DNA of 56,316 bases from Candidatus Heimdallarchaeota archaeon (GTDB taxonomy: Archaea > Asgardarchaeota > Heimdallarchaeia > Heimdallarchaeales > Heimdallarchaeaceae), in NCBI GenBank assembly GCA_030668825.1, contig DAOVET010000008.1, positions 1 through 56,316 on the forward strand, read 5' to 3'. The notes below the pieces were generated by a model. The model had not been told where the DNA came from. It was given only the letters and a program-made list of their open reading frames with translations, and searched no databases. The stretch's first letter is position 1. Every line of letters starts with the position of its first letter. The position numbers and the translations under genes are program-made. Below are positions 1-9,387 of this stretch, piece after piece.

Positions 1-90
1 TTAAAAAAAATTTGCTTATTGTTAAGAATTATTTGAAACAGTTTTCACTCAAGTGGAAAATTTTATTTCCAGCTTAAAATATGATACTTT

Positions 91-339
91 ATGACCGTCT
101 CAGCGTATATTTTCTTCATTGTGGACTTAGGAAAAACACAAGAAGTAGTGAATGCTCTAAGAGAAATCCCCAATATTGTTAATGTTGCAGTAGTTACTGG
201 GGAATATGATATTGTAGCAAGAATTCTAGTTGAAGATTTAGAAGAATTATTCCATGTAACTACAGAAAAAATACATATGATTGAGGGAATTTCAGATACA
301 CAAACATCTGTAATTGAGAAAGAAGTTCTAAAAGAGTGA
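91..339 (+). CDS. Stand-alone Lrp/AsnC ligand-binding (RAM) domain protein
   Basis: 82 aa. The pattern AYIFFIV...EVVNAL...VAVVTGEYDIVARI...IEGISDTQTSV matches the AsnC/RAM domain, and there is no N-terminal HTH. Confidence 0.9.
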   Translation: MTVSAYIFFIVDLGKTQEVVNALREIPNIVNVAVVTGEYDIVARILVEDLEELFHVTTEKIHMIEGISDTQTSVIEKEVLKE

Positions 340-344
340 AATAA

Positions 345-1634
345 ATGCCAGCTCCAGAAAATCGTCCAGTAAGTAGATTTAGAAAAAAGAGCACTTTCTA
401 TTTACTGTCATTAGCAAGTGGAATAATCACAAGTATCTATGTAGTCTTAGATGATTATGTAAATTTTGAAATGATTACAAACCCATTTGTTTTTGGAGCT
501 TTTGAAATGGTTGTAGGTTTCATTGTCACTTTTTTAGTTGTATTAGCACTCCATATACCTGGAAAAGGTAGAACAAGGCTTGGAAGAAGATTCAACTTAG
601 GATATAAGTTAGATGGAAACTTCCAGAAACTAAAGCTACCAACAGGAAAAATAGCTATTTATACACTGCTTGCAGGAATGTTTGCAACAGGGTCAACTAT
701 TCTCTATTTCTATCTAATGAGTAAAAATGGATCAGCTGTTATAATGCCTTTTAGTCAATTTGTGCTAATATACCTTTTAATAGGAGATGCAATTTCTGAT
801 AGAGAAAAACCGGTTATCGTTGAAATTCAATCAATTGCTATGATAGCTTTTGGTGTGCTAATTGCATCTATTTCAGGAATAGGTGGTGGTGGTTCCTTTA
901 CTGATTTCCTACTAAATATGTTTATGATTATAGGTCCATTTTCATTGTTTTCTGCACTCTATATTTTCTTCCAAAAGAAAGCTTTGACTACAAAGGATAA
1001 GCAAGGTAAATTGTATGATTCCATCAACTTAAGAGTTTGGACTATGTTGATAATAACTATTGGTCAAGTAATATCAGCTGCTCCAGCACTCTCAAAAGGG
1101 GGGTTTTCTGAAGTCAGCAATTCATGGAGAATAGCACTGACTCCAGTAATTTTCTCAATGTTATTGGCTTTTCTATCAATTGTTTTCTACACAAGAGCTC
1201 TTACAATGGGTAAGATGTCTATTGTCAGAGCTTTGAGTAGCGTTAGTGTTGTAACAACATTCCCCATTATTGGTATAGCTAGTATCTGGTTACCGAATAT
1301 CTTTGGTTTTGGAGGAGAAAATCTTGTGCTTGATATTGTGCTGAAACTATCAGGTTCATTTCTAATATTAATCGGAGTTATTGCTTTAGCATTATCAGAA
1401 ACCAAGAGTATACTTTTAGCGAAAGCAAAACAAGGATTTGCAATAAAAGTTGAAGAATTAACCAAAATAAAAGGAATAGAAAGTGTATCATTTATTACAG
1501 GACAATATGATCTGCTAATCAATATTAAGATGCGAAGCATAGGTAAAGCTTTCAGTTTAGTTGAAAAATCAATTGCAAAATTGCCTTGGATTGATGATGT
1601 AATAACATTTCAAATAATGAAAGAATATGAATAA
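345..1634 (+). CDS. DMT/EamA-like membrane transporter with C-terminal Lrp/AsnC (RAM) domain
   Basis: About 10 hydrophobic segments in two EamA-like repeats (LFYLM..AVIMPF..REK; VFYTRALTMGKMSIV). The last ~75 aa contain IKGIESVSFITGQYDLLINI...LPWIDDVITF, a RAM signature. Confidence 0.75.
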   Translation: MPAPENRPVSRFRKKSTFYLLSLASGIITSIYVVLDDYVNFEMITNPFVFGAFEMVVGFIVTFLVVLALHIPGKGRTRLGRRFNLGYKLDGNFQKLKLPTGKIAIYTLLAGMFATGSTILYFYLMSKNGSAVIMPFSQFVLIYLLIGDAISDREKPVIVEIQSIAMIAFGVLIASISGIGGGGSFTDFLLNMFMIIGPFSLFSALYIFFQKKALTTKDKQGKLYDSINLRVWTMLIITIGQVISAAPALSKGGFSEVSNSWRIALTPVIFSMLLAFLSIVFYTRALTMGKMSIVRALSSVSVVTTFPIIGIASIWLPNIFGFGGENLVLDIVLKLSGSFLILIGVIALALSETKSILLAKAKQGFAIKVEELTKIKGIESVSFITGQYDLLINIKMRSIGKAFSLVEKSIAKLPWIDDVITFQIMKEYE

Positions 1635-1727
1635 AAAGAAAAGAGAACTGGATTATATATAACATTCTTTCAATTTCTTATAAGAAAACTCTAAATAGTT
1701 ATTTGATTTGCTAAAAGATGAATTGTA

Positions 1728-2858
1728 ATGGAAGTTTTCGATATTCATAGTAAAAAGGGGGAAAAGGTTTTTGGTTATATTGACATGTTGGAGTATCCAC
1801 ATGGAACAAAAGAGAGATTGCCAATTTGCTTGATTGAAGGCTTAGAAGAAGGTCCTACTTTCCTTTTAACTGGTAATATTCATGGAAATGAACTTCATGG
1901 TTTGGTAACTCTTCAGGAAATAATTCAAGAAGTAGATCCTACACAAGTTAAAGGAACATTAATAATAATACCATCGTTGAATCCTGCTGGGTTGTTGGTA
2001 ATGACTCGAACACCACTTTATGTGAGTACAGATCCTAACAGACTATGGCCTGACCCAAAACCCAAGAAGAAACCTCAGTTAAAGTATGAAGATATTTATG
2101 ATGAAAATCTTGACCCAGAAAAACATCCAAACATCCAAGAGAAGTTTTACACTAAATTTGCAAAAATATTTGATCAAGCAGATTATTTCATTGATCTCCA
2201 TTGTCATGCTATACGTTCTTTACCATACTCATACCTAGACCGAGTATATTACGATGAAAAAGACAAAAATCAGAAGGAAGAATCACAAAAACTATTTGAT
2301 AAGACAAAAAAACTAGTTGAAGCATTTGGTTTTACTTTAGTGTTGGAGAGACCACCTAAATATTATTTCAAGGAAAATCTGCAAAGGTCTACTACTGGTA
2401 GCTTTGTAAATAAGTATCGGAAACCAGGATTTACCGTTGAATTGGGAGCTTCTGGCTATGTAGAGACAGACATTGTAGCCAGTGCCAAAATTGGTATCTG
2501 GAATGTATTAAAATATACTGGTATGATTGAAGGAGATTTAGTGAAAGTAACTGATTTTCCAGTGTTAGATGAAAAAATGTGGCGAGAGATTTTGATTAGA
2601 ACTTCACATTCTGGTTTCTTTATTCCTCTTGTGAAAGCTGGAGAAATCGTTGAAAAAGGAATCCCAATTTTTGAAGTTAGGGATATTTTTGGTAAGATCA
2701 AAGAAACCATTGTAGCACCAGATTATGGAGCAATTATAGGAATGTGGGATGACATCAGATGTTATCCAAATCAGGAAATTGCTGTTTTCTTAGTTGATAA
2801 CACAATAGACCTTATTTTACCTTGGGAATACGAGAAAAAAGAAGAGAAAAAGGAGTAG
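1728..2858 (+). CDS. Succinylglutamate desuccinylase/aspartoacylase family (M14-type Zn hydrolase)
   Basis: GNIHGNE, DPNR, IDLH and TVELG motifs, plus a C-terminal barrel-sandwich hybrid-like segment. Confidence 0.9.
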   Translation: MEVFDIHSKKGEKVFGYIDMLEYPHGTKERLPICLIEGLEEGPTFLLTGNIHGNELHGLVTLQEIIQEVDPTQVKGTLIIIPSLNPAGLLVMTRTPLYVSTDPNRLWPDPKPKKKPQLKYEDIYDENLDPEKHPNIQEKFYTKFAKIFDQADYFIDLHCHAIRSLPYSYLDRVYYDEKDKNQKEESQKLFDKTKKLVEAFGFTLVLERPPKYYFKENLQRSTTGSFVNKYRKPGFTVELGASGYVETDIVASAKIGIWNVLKYTGMIEGDLVKVTDFPVLDEKMWREILIRTSHSGFFIPLVKAGEIVEKGIPIFEVRDIFGKIKETIVAPDYGAIIGMWDDIRCYPNQEIAVFLVDNTIDLILPWEYEKKEEKKE

Positions 2859-2866
2859 AAATATTT

Positions 2867-3547
2867 CTAATCTTCTTCTATTTCCATTTTTATTACTTTA
2901 TAGTCAGGTAATTTACTCTTGAATTCTTCAATGAATGAAAGTTCCCCTATTCCACGCCCTATGTGCATAGGAATGATAATTTCAGCATCTATTGCCTTAG
3001 CTGCTTCAACAGCTTCATCAACATCCATCACATATATTCCTGAAATAGGTACTAAAGCAATAGTTGGTTTTAAACCATCCATCTCAGGAATTTTATCTGC
3101 ATCTCCTGCATGATAAACAGTGATGCCATCAATATCCAAAATTGGACCAATATGTCCAGATTCTTTGGGATGGAAAGGAGTTTTTGTTTCTGGATCTCTA
3201 AACCTATGAATATTATAAGCAGCAATAGCAGAAATCTTAATTCCTTCAATTTCTAGAGAATCACCTGGGTTTAACTCCTTCATTTCTTTCTTCTGAGCAA
3301 TTTTCTCTTCAAATATCTCTTGAACAATTGATGGCCCAAGTAGGATTGTTTCGCCTGTTGAGACTTGGTTGATTGCTTCAGGATTGCAATGATCAAAGTG
3401 TTCATGACTACTAATCACGATATCAGCTTTAGGTAGATCAGTTTTACCTAACATATATGGATCAATATAGATATTTTTCCCCTTTGCTTTAATCAAAAAA
3501 GCATCATGTCCTAACCAATGAATTTTGATTCCTTCATACTCAAACAT
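2867..3547 (-). CDS. MBL-fold metallo-hydrolase (UlaG/UPF0173-like)
   Basis: WLGH, IDPY, SHEHFDH, YHAGD and IPMH motifs. Confidence 0.9.
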   Translation of the reverse strand: MFEYEGIKIHWLGHDAFLIKAKGKNIYIDPYMLGKTDLPKADIVISSHEHFDHCNPEAINQVSTGETILLGPSIVQEIFEEKIAQKKEMKELNPGDSLEIEGIKISAIAAYNIHRFRDPETKTPFHPKESGHIGPILDIDGITVYHAGDADKIPEMDGLKPTIALVPISGIYVMDVDEAVEAAKAIDAEIIIPMHIGRGIGELSFIEEFKSKLPDYKVIKMEIEED

Positions 3548-3615
3548 AGTAATCGATTAAAAGGAAAAATAGACATATATAAAGGTTCTATCAAAAGAAG
3601 AAAAGAAGAAAAATA

Positions 3616-5157
3616 CTAGTATACTCTCTTTTCATCAACAAAGACGAATATTTCTTCAGGAACTATATGAGCTTTAATTTTATCCCCTACAGCCAGTTTA
3701 GCATATTCTTCAGTACGTTCAATAACATCAACCAGAAGAATTGTACCATCGTCTAATAATCCTGTTAATTTTACTTCAGTTCCAAGATATTCGATTGTGT
3801 TGATTTCGATTTCAATAGTATTTTCAGATTCCTTATTCAACAGAATATTCTCGGGTCTAATAACAAGGTCAACTTTTGTACCAGCTGGTAGGGTCTCTTT
3901 AGTAGTAATCAAAAGCTGATCACCACCCTCAAGCTCAACAACATTAGCTTTTGTCACTTTTCCTGAAACTGTACTTGAACTTCCAACAAATTGTGCAACA
4001 AATAATGACTTAGGATCTGTGAAAACATCTAAAGGAGTTCCATATTGTTCAATAAAACCAATATTCATAACTGCAATCCTATCACTAATTGCAAGAGCTT
4101 CTGCTTGGTCATGAGTCACATACACTGCAGTCATACCAATTTTTTTGATGATTGAACGAATTTCAGTTCTTAATTCCTTTCTCAGTTTAGCATCAAGATT
4201 ACTCAAAGGTTCATCACATAAGAGAATAGCAGGTTCTACGACGATACTTCTAGCAAGAGCGATACGTTGTTGTTGTCCTCCAGAAAGCTCTGTTGGATGT
4301 TTTTCAGCTTGATCTGCAAGTTGAACTAAATCTAACACTTCTTCTACTTTTTCCTTTCTGAAGTGGAATGCTGGATCCAAAGCAGCTTTTGCATCTAGAT
4401 AGTTTACTCTTCTGTTAATCCAGAAATAAGGTTTTGTCATCCAGAAGAAATTAAGTAAAGGATTTTTTCTAATCTTAGTTCTTTCATATTTAGTCTTTCT
4501 TCTTGGAATCCACTCTGGAAGCTCTTTGATGATATTTTCATAATGAAATCTAATTGTTGCTTGTAAAGCCCCTAGTAAGAATTTCGATTGTCGGTAGATT
4601 GAATTTAGACTATATTTCAATTTGAATATGGATATATCTTCTGGAATTTTGAAAACTGGAAGAATATCTTCGATGGTAAAGTGCCAAATTTCTTGTGGAT
4701 TTTTACCAACAACAAGCTCCTTCAAGTTTTCTGCAGCCTGAGCTAATTCTTCAGAGGCCCCATAATTATTGAAAGAAACTTCTTCTATGACTCCTTTGGG
4801 ATTGACATCTGCAATATAAACGATTTGCTTTTTTAATCGAAGCTTTAAACCATATTCAACATTCTTAAAAATAGTTAAATGCGGCCACAATGCGTAATTT
4901 TGGAAAATCATGGCAGTATTGCGATTTTGTGGCGGGAGATAAGTTATTTCTTTATCTCCAAGATAAATTTGTCCTTCAAAGGGTTCAACAAAACCAGCGA
5001 GAGCTCTTAGAAGTGTAGATTTTCCACATCCAGAAGGCCCCAACAGGGTAGTTATTTCTCCATCGTGAATGTTCAGAGTTATATTGTCTATAGCAACAAA
5101 ATCATCATAAGCAATACTCACTTTATCATACTTAACAGAAACCATATTTCTCAACAC
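3616..5157 (-). CDS. PotA/MalK-type ABC importer ATPase with C-terminal TOBE domain and a ~150-aa insertion
   Basis: Walker A GPSGCGKST, Q-loop FQNYALWPH, signature LSGGQQQR, Walker B LLCDEPLSNLD, H-loop YVTHDQ. The start may be the downstream ATG (MVSV). Confidence 0.9.
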   Translation of the reverse strand: MLRNMVSVKYDKVSIAYDDFVAIDNITLNIHDGEITTLLGPSGCGKSTLLRALAGFVEPFEGQIYLGDKEITYLPPQNRNTAMIFQNYALWPHLTIFKNVEYGLKLRLKKQIVYIADVNPKGVIEEVSFNNYGASEELAQAAENLKELVVGKNPQEIWHFTIEDILPVFKIPEDISIFKLKYSLNSIYRQSKFLLGALQATIRFHYENIIKELPEWIPRRKTKYERTKIRKNPLLNFFWMTKPYFWINRRVNYLDAKAALDPAFHFRKEKVEEVLDLVQLADQAEKHPTELSGGQQQRIALARSIVVEPAILLCDEPLSNLDAKLRKELRTEIRSIIKKIGMTAVYVTHDQAEALAISDRIAVMNIGFIEQYGTPLDVFTDPKSLFVAQFVGSSSTVSGKVTKANVVELEGGDQLLITTKETLPAGTKVDLVIRPENILLNKESENTIEIEINTIEYLGTEVKLTGLLDDGTILLVDVIERTEEYAKLAVGDKIKAHIVPEEIFVFVDEKRVY

Positions 5158-5279
5158 TTTATGACTTGAGAATGAATAATAGGGATAAATATAAAAAGCT
5201 TTTCTGAACTCCTTTTTTCTCTTGGTTTTTAGAATTCATCCCGAAAGATTTTTGATTTCGGAAAAACTATACTTTTGTC

Positions 5280-6245
5280 ATGGTTTATCTTTCAGAAGAA
5301 ATTTTCTTTCTTAAAGGTAAAAATGCAACAAGCTTTGCAAGGGGAATCGGTGCTCCAAATACAGTTTTTGTGAAGGGAGATTCCGAAACTTTAATTATTG
5401 ACCCAGGCGTCTGGACGTATCAATATAAGAAATTGAGGATGCTCTCAAAGAGAAAAATTGTTGATGTTCAGGATATTAAGAAAGTATGCTTGACACATCA
5501 TCATTGGGATCATTCCAATCTCTCAGCTTTTTTTCAAAAGAAGAATAATGCTGAGATTTATGCTCATGAGCATGCTAAAGCACCTCTTGAAGACAAGAAG
5601 ATAATGTTTGAACATTTCTTCTCAGGATATGAGATTTTGCATAAAGAGATGATGAATTATCCTCTCATTGGAGCTAAAATTGTACTTTATTTAATGTGGG
5701 GTAAATTTGAGAATGTTTGTGTCAATCATATCTTAAAAGAAGGAGATAAACTTGATTTTGACATTCCTATAGAGATTATCGAATTGCCTAGTCACACACC
5801 TTGTTGTGTTGGATACTATTTTCCAAAGGACAAGATGTTAGCCATTGGTGATCTTATGGATTTAGATACTGGAATAGGTATGGATATGAATAATCCCTTT
5901 TCAGATTACGATAATGCTCTAAAATCTGCAAAAAAATTATTAACTTATGATATCGATATTCTTATCCCTGGTCATGGCCCAATAGTAGAGGGGAAGAACA
6001 ACATCCATGAATTGGTTTCTAATAGGATTAATAAATCTGAGGAAATAAGAAGAAACATTGTAGATTTGCTAAAAACTAAGGAATACTCCTTAAGTAAACT
6101 AATCCAAGATTTATTTGGTACAAGAAGTACAATTAATTATCTTCTTAACAAGCATTTAATCTACTGCTATTTGATTAATATCTACAAGAAAGAGGGAATA
6201 GAACTAAGGGAGAGGAGAAGGAAAACCTTCATGAAAATGAGCTAA
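5280..6245 (+). CDS. MBL-fold hydrolase (glyoxalase II/LACTB2-like) with probable C-terminal winged helix
   Basis: IDPG, THHHWDH, PSHT, IGD and PGHG motifs. Confidence 0.85.
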   Translation: MVYLSEEIFFLKGKNATSFARGIGAPNTVFVKGDSETLIIDPGVWTYQYKKLRMLSKRKIVDVQDIKKVCLTHHHWDHSNLSAFFQKKNNAEIYAHEHAKAPLEDKKIMFEHFFSGYEILHKEMMNYPLIGAKIVLYLMWGKFENVCVNHILKEGDKLDFDIPIEIIELPSHTPCCVGYYFPKDKMLAIGDLMDLDTGIGMDMNNPFSDYDNALKSAKKLLTYDIDILIPGHGPIVEGKNNIHELVSNRINKSEEIRRNIVDLLKTKEYSLSKLIQDLFGTRSTINYLLNKHLIYCYLINIYKKEGIELRERRRKTFMKMS

Positions 6246-6311
6246 ATTTGAAGTTTTAGATATCAAAGGGAAAAAATAAAAAGGGAGGGTTAATATGACC
6301 ATTGATAATGA

Positions 6312-6317
6312 GAGGTG
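6312..6317 (+). promoter_or_regulatory. Shine-Dalgarno-like site for the kbl/bioF-family gene
   Basis: GAGGTG lies 5 nt upstream of ATG 6323. Confidence 0.55.
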
Positions 6318-6322
6318 CCAAT

Positions 6323-7558
6323 ATGGCAAAGAGACATCCAACAAAATTTTTGAAAGAAGAATACAAACAAATCCAAAAAGAAGGTCGTGAATGGGTACAC
6401 AGATCATTGGAAACCCCTTCAGAAACTCAAGTTAAGGTAGATGGTAAAGAATTATTGATGCTATGTTCTAATAACTACTTAAATCTAGCAAATCATCCAC
6501 ATTTAAGGAAAAGAGCTATGGAAGCAGTTGAGAAATATGGTGCTGGTTCTGGTTCAGTTAGAGCAATAGCTGGAAATATGGCAATTCATGAAGAATGGGA
6601 GCGAAAACATGCTGATTTCAAAGAACAAGAAGCTTCAATGGTATGGATGAGTGGATTCATAGCAAATGAAGGTGCAATACCAACACTTGTGAGGAAAGGA
6701 GATTTCATTATTTCTGACCAACTAAATCATGGCTCAATTATTGATGGGGTTCGTTTGACTAAAACAGTTAGAACAATTTACGATCATTGTGATATGGGCA
6801 GTTTAGAAGAGAGATTAAAAGAAGCAGATGCAGCAGATCCAAATGGAGAAAAGAGAATCTTAGTTATCACTGATGGTGTGTTTTCAATGGATGGAGACAT
6901 GTCACCATTAGATGAAGTACAGAAACTAAGTGAAGAATATGGTGCCATGATATTCGTTGATGACGCACATGGAGACGGTGTTTTAGGGCGAAATAAAAAA
7001 GGTAAAGGTATCGTTGATCACTTTGATCTTCAAGGTGATGTTCAAGTTGAAATGAATACTTACTCTAAGGCTATGGGTGTTGTTGGTGGAGCTATCGTTG
7101 GTTCTAAAAACTTAGTCAATTTCCTTCGAAACACTGGTCGCTCTTATCTTCTTAGTGGTTCACAACCTCCAGCAGTTGCTGGTGCAGCTCTTGGTTCTTT
7201 AGAAGTTCTAGATCCTAAATCACCTTTCCATGAACCTGTAGTAGAAAAACTCCTAGATAACTGTGATTACTTCAAGAGTAAAATCGTTGACATGGGTTAT
7301 GGACATGACATAACAGTTGCTTCATCTAAATGTCCAACTGCTATTGTGCCTATAATCTGTGGAGAAAATGAAGTTGCTAAAAAGCTAAGTGACAAACTCA
7401 TGGATGAAGGTATATTTGCCTTACCAATAGTCTTTCCAATGGTTCCTCGAGATACAGCTAGAATTCGTGTCATGATGAACGCTGGTCTAACTAAAGAAGA
7501 TTTAGACTTTGCTTTGATGAAATTTGAAGACTTAGGAAGAGAATTGAAAATATTCTAA
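6323..7558 (+). CDS. Glycine C-acetyltransferase / 8-amino-7-oxononanoate synthase family (PLP, class II aminotransferase)
   Basis: CSNNYLNL, LNHGSIIDG, TDGVFSMDGD, VDDAHG and TYSK (PLP Lys). The start was moved from 6302 to ATG 6323 because of the SD. It is probably Kbl, but I cannot separate it from BioF by eye. Confidence 0.9.
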   Translation: MAKRHPTKFLKEEYKQIQKEGREWVHRSLETPSETQVKVDGKELLMLCSNNYLNLANHPHLRKRAMEAVEKYGAGSGSVRAIAGNMAIHEEWERKHADFKEQEASMVWMSGFIANEGAIPTLVRKGDFIISDQLNHGSIIDGVRLTKTVRTIYDHCDMGSLEERLKEADAADPNGEKRILVITDGVFSMDGDMSPLDEVQKLSEEYGAMIFVDDAHGDGVLGRNKKGKGIVDHFDLQGDVQVEMNTYSKAMGVVGGAIVGSKNLVNFLRNTGRSYLLSGSQPPAVAGAALGSLEVLDPKSPFHEPVVEKLLDNCDYFKSKIVDMGYGHDITVASSKCPTAIVPIICGENEVAKKLSDKLMDEGIFALPIVFPMVPRDTARIRVMMNAGLTKEDLDFALMKFEDLGRELKIF

Positions 7559-7620
7559 CATTTTTCTCTTCATTCATTTTTCTTATCTTTTTTTTATTTT
7601 ACTTCCTTCTTCATATTTGA
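7559..7620 (+). terminator. Oligo(T)-rich archaeal-type terminator region
   Basis: Several T runs (for example TTTTTTTTATTTT) directly after the stop codon. Confidence 0.4.
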
Positions 7621-7680
7621 TTCACAATTTTTAAAAGCACCCTATTTCATTCATTTTGTAGTTTAAAGAAGGTCACTACA

Positions 7681-8229
7681 TTGACAAAAGAGAAAGCAGG
7701 ATTTTTCTCTACGGAAAGAGGAAAAAGATTCATTAAATTCGCAATCATAGGAACTATTGGCTGGGGATTGAACTTTCTTCTGTTATATCTCTTTGATATG
7801 CTGTTGGGAATTACTTTTTTAAAGGATATTGACATATCAATATGGGTATTTGCCATTAATCAAGGTGTTGTAGCATCTCTGCTTTCCATGGCTGTTGTTT
7901 TTGTTTTTACTTTCATTATGAACAAAATATGGACTTTTAAAGATCAAGGCAAAGAATTCCAACCAAGTACTCTCTTTCAGTTTTTTCAATTCACCCTAAT
8001 TGGGTTTGTAGGATATGCGATTTATACAGGAATTATGATGGGTCTTCATGGGTCATTGCTCTGGAATAAGTACTTGGTAATGACAATTGCATTTTATGCT
8101 GGTTTAATCAGTAACTTTATCTGGAATGATATCTGGACTTTCAATCCTAAATTTATAGAAAAGAGAATGAAAAGAAGGAAAAACAAAAACAAAAAAAATC
8201 AGGAATTGAATCAGATTAATCTTGAATGA
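7681..8229 (+). CDS. GtrA family membrane protein
   Basis: RFIKFAIIG, FIMNKIWTF and NFIWNDIWTF motifs, with four TM segments. Confidence 0.85.
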   Translation: MTKEKAGFFSTERGKRFIKFAIIGTIGWGLNFLLLYLFDMLLGITFLKDIDISIWVFAINQGVVASLLSMAVVFVFTFIMNKIWTFKDQGKEFQPSTLFQFFQFTLIGFVGYAIYTGIMMGLHGSLLWNKYLVMTIAFYAGLISNFIWNDIWTFNPKFIEKRMKRRKNKNKKNQELNQINLE

Positions 8230-8313
8230 GAATCATGCTTTATTTTCTTCTTTGTGCTTTCTTACCAGTTTTGTTATTCCATTTGTTAGTATCAGAAAAC
8301 AAAATTGGGATAT

Positions 8314-9285
8314 TCAAAATGGAAATTTATTCGTATAGAGAGCTTCTTCTGCATTTCTATTATAATCCCTCTCTCTGGGAACTATTAGGTTTAAAGCATC
8401 CTGAACATATTCAACTGATATTTTTAATCCTTTTTCGTTAAAAACTTCCCCTTCTGCTTCCCAAGCTAAAGATCTTTCTGATGCAACTTCAATCTTTTTT
8501 CCTCTTGTCAACCAAACACCATCCATTTCAGTATGCTTGCCTGAGGAGGTTTTAAGAACCAGAGTTATCCTTTTTAATCTTTTCAAACCTCTAGCAATAA
8601 CTATTCCTATGTCTTTGTTTTTTCTGGAAAAGTGAGCATTTCCAGGAAGCATTCTGAAACCAGCCAATGATTCACTAAAAGCAAAAACAGAAGCTGAGAG
8701 ATCTTCAATTACTAATGGTTCGTTATCATCTATTTTTATGGTCACAGGCGCATTCTTGAATTTGATAACATATTTAAGAGCTAGATAAGCATATTTGAGA
8801 AATCCGTTCTTTATCCACTTAGCTTCTGTTAAGGAAGCAACTCCTGCTTCAGCTACAAATCCACCATCTATGTGATCAAAAGCATAAGATTCTCTATCTC
8901 CCTTACATTTCATTGCAGGGAAATTCTCACTATATCCTTCTGTGATAATTTCTAGGCATTCTTCAGTCTTAGTTGGGATAGAATGTGTTCTCCCCCAATC
9001 ATTCATCGATCCTGCTGAGATACAACCTAGTTTCGTATCAGGATAACTAACCAAAACATCTCCTATATTAGTTGCTGTTCCATCTCCTCCTAAAGAAAGA
9101 ATTGTCTTATATCCTTCTTTTACAGCTTTCTCAGCTATTGTAGCTTCTTCCCTTGGTTTTGTTGTAAGCTCATACTCTATACTTCCCAAATAGTCTTTGA
9201 TAATTTTGAGATATTTTCTAACCCTTTTACCTGTCTTGCCAGACTTAGAATTAGGATTTATGATGAGAAACGAATCTGAACTCAC
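8314..9285 (-). CDS. Diacylglycerol/lipid kinase family protein (YegS/BmrU-like)
   Basis: IINPNS, LGGDGT and AGSMND motifs. The C-terminal motif reads EGE where DGE is usual. Confidence 0.85.
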   Translation of the reverse strand: MSSDSFLIINPNSKSGKTGKRVRKYLKIIKDYLGSIEYELTTKPREEATIAEKAVKEGYKTILSLGGDGTATNIGDVLVSYPDTKLGCISAGSMNDWGRTHSIPTKTEECLEIITEGYSENFPAMKCKGDRESYAFDHIDGGFVAEAGVASLTEAKWIKNGFLKYAYLALKYVIKFKNAPVTIKIDDNEPLVIEDLSASVFAFSESLAGFRMLPGNAHFSRKNKDIGIVIARGLKRLKRITLVLKTSSGKHTEMDGVWLTRGKKIEVASERSLAWEAEGEVFNEKGLKISVEYVQDALNLIVPRERDYNRNAEEALYTNKFPF

Positions 9286-9387
9286 AAGAATATATAAGAA
9301 ATAAACTATAAAAAAGTGTTCGAGAAAACTAAATATATCTCTAAATCGATAATATTTTTAACTCACAAGCATAATTATTTATTTGAT

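Noticed and set aside
4378-4836. Intein as the explanation for the ABC ATPase insertion
   Set aside because: There is no N-terminal Cys/Ser block, no terminal His-Asn followed by Cys/Ser/Thr, and no LAGLIDADG motif.
5240-5260. CCGAAA...TTTCGG inverted repeat upstream of the MBL hydrolase
   Set aside because: A 6-bp stem seen once; expected by chance.
8226-8441. 71-aa hydrophobic ORF after gtrA
   Set aside because: It overlaps the lipid kinase gene on the opposite strand for over half its length and has no motif. Its hydrophobicity reflects a T-rich terminator-like sequence.
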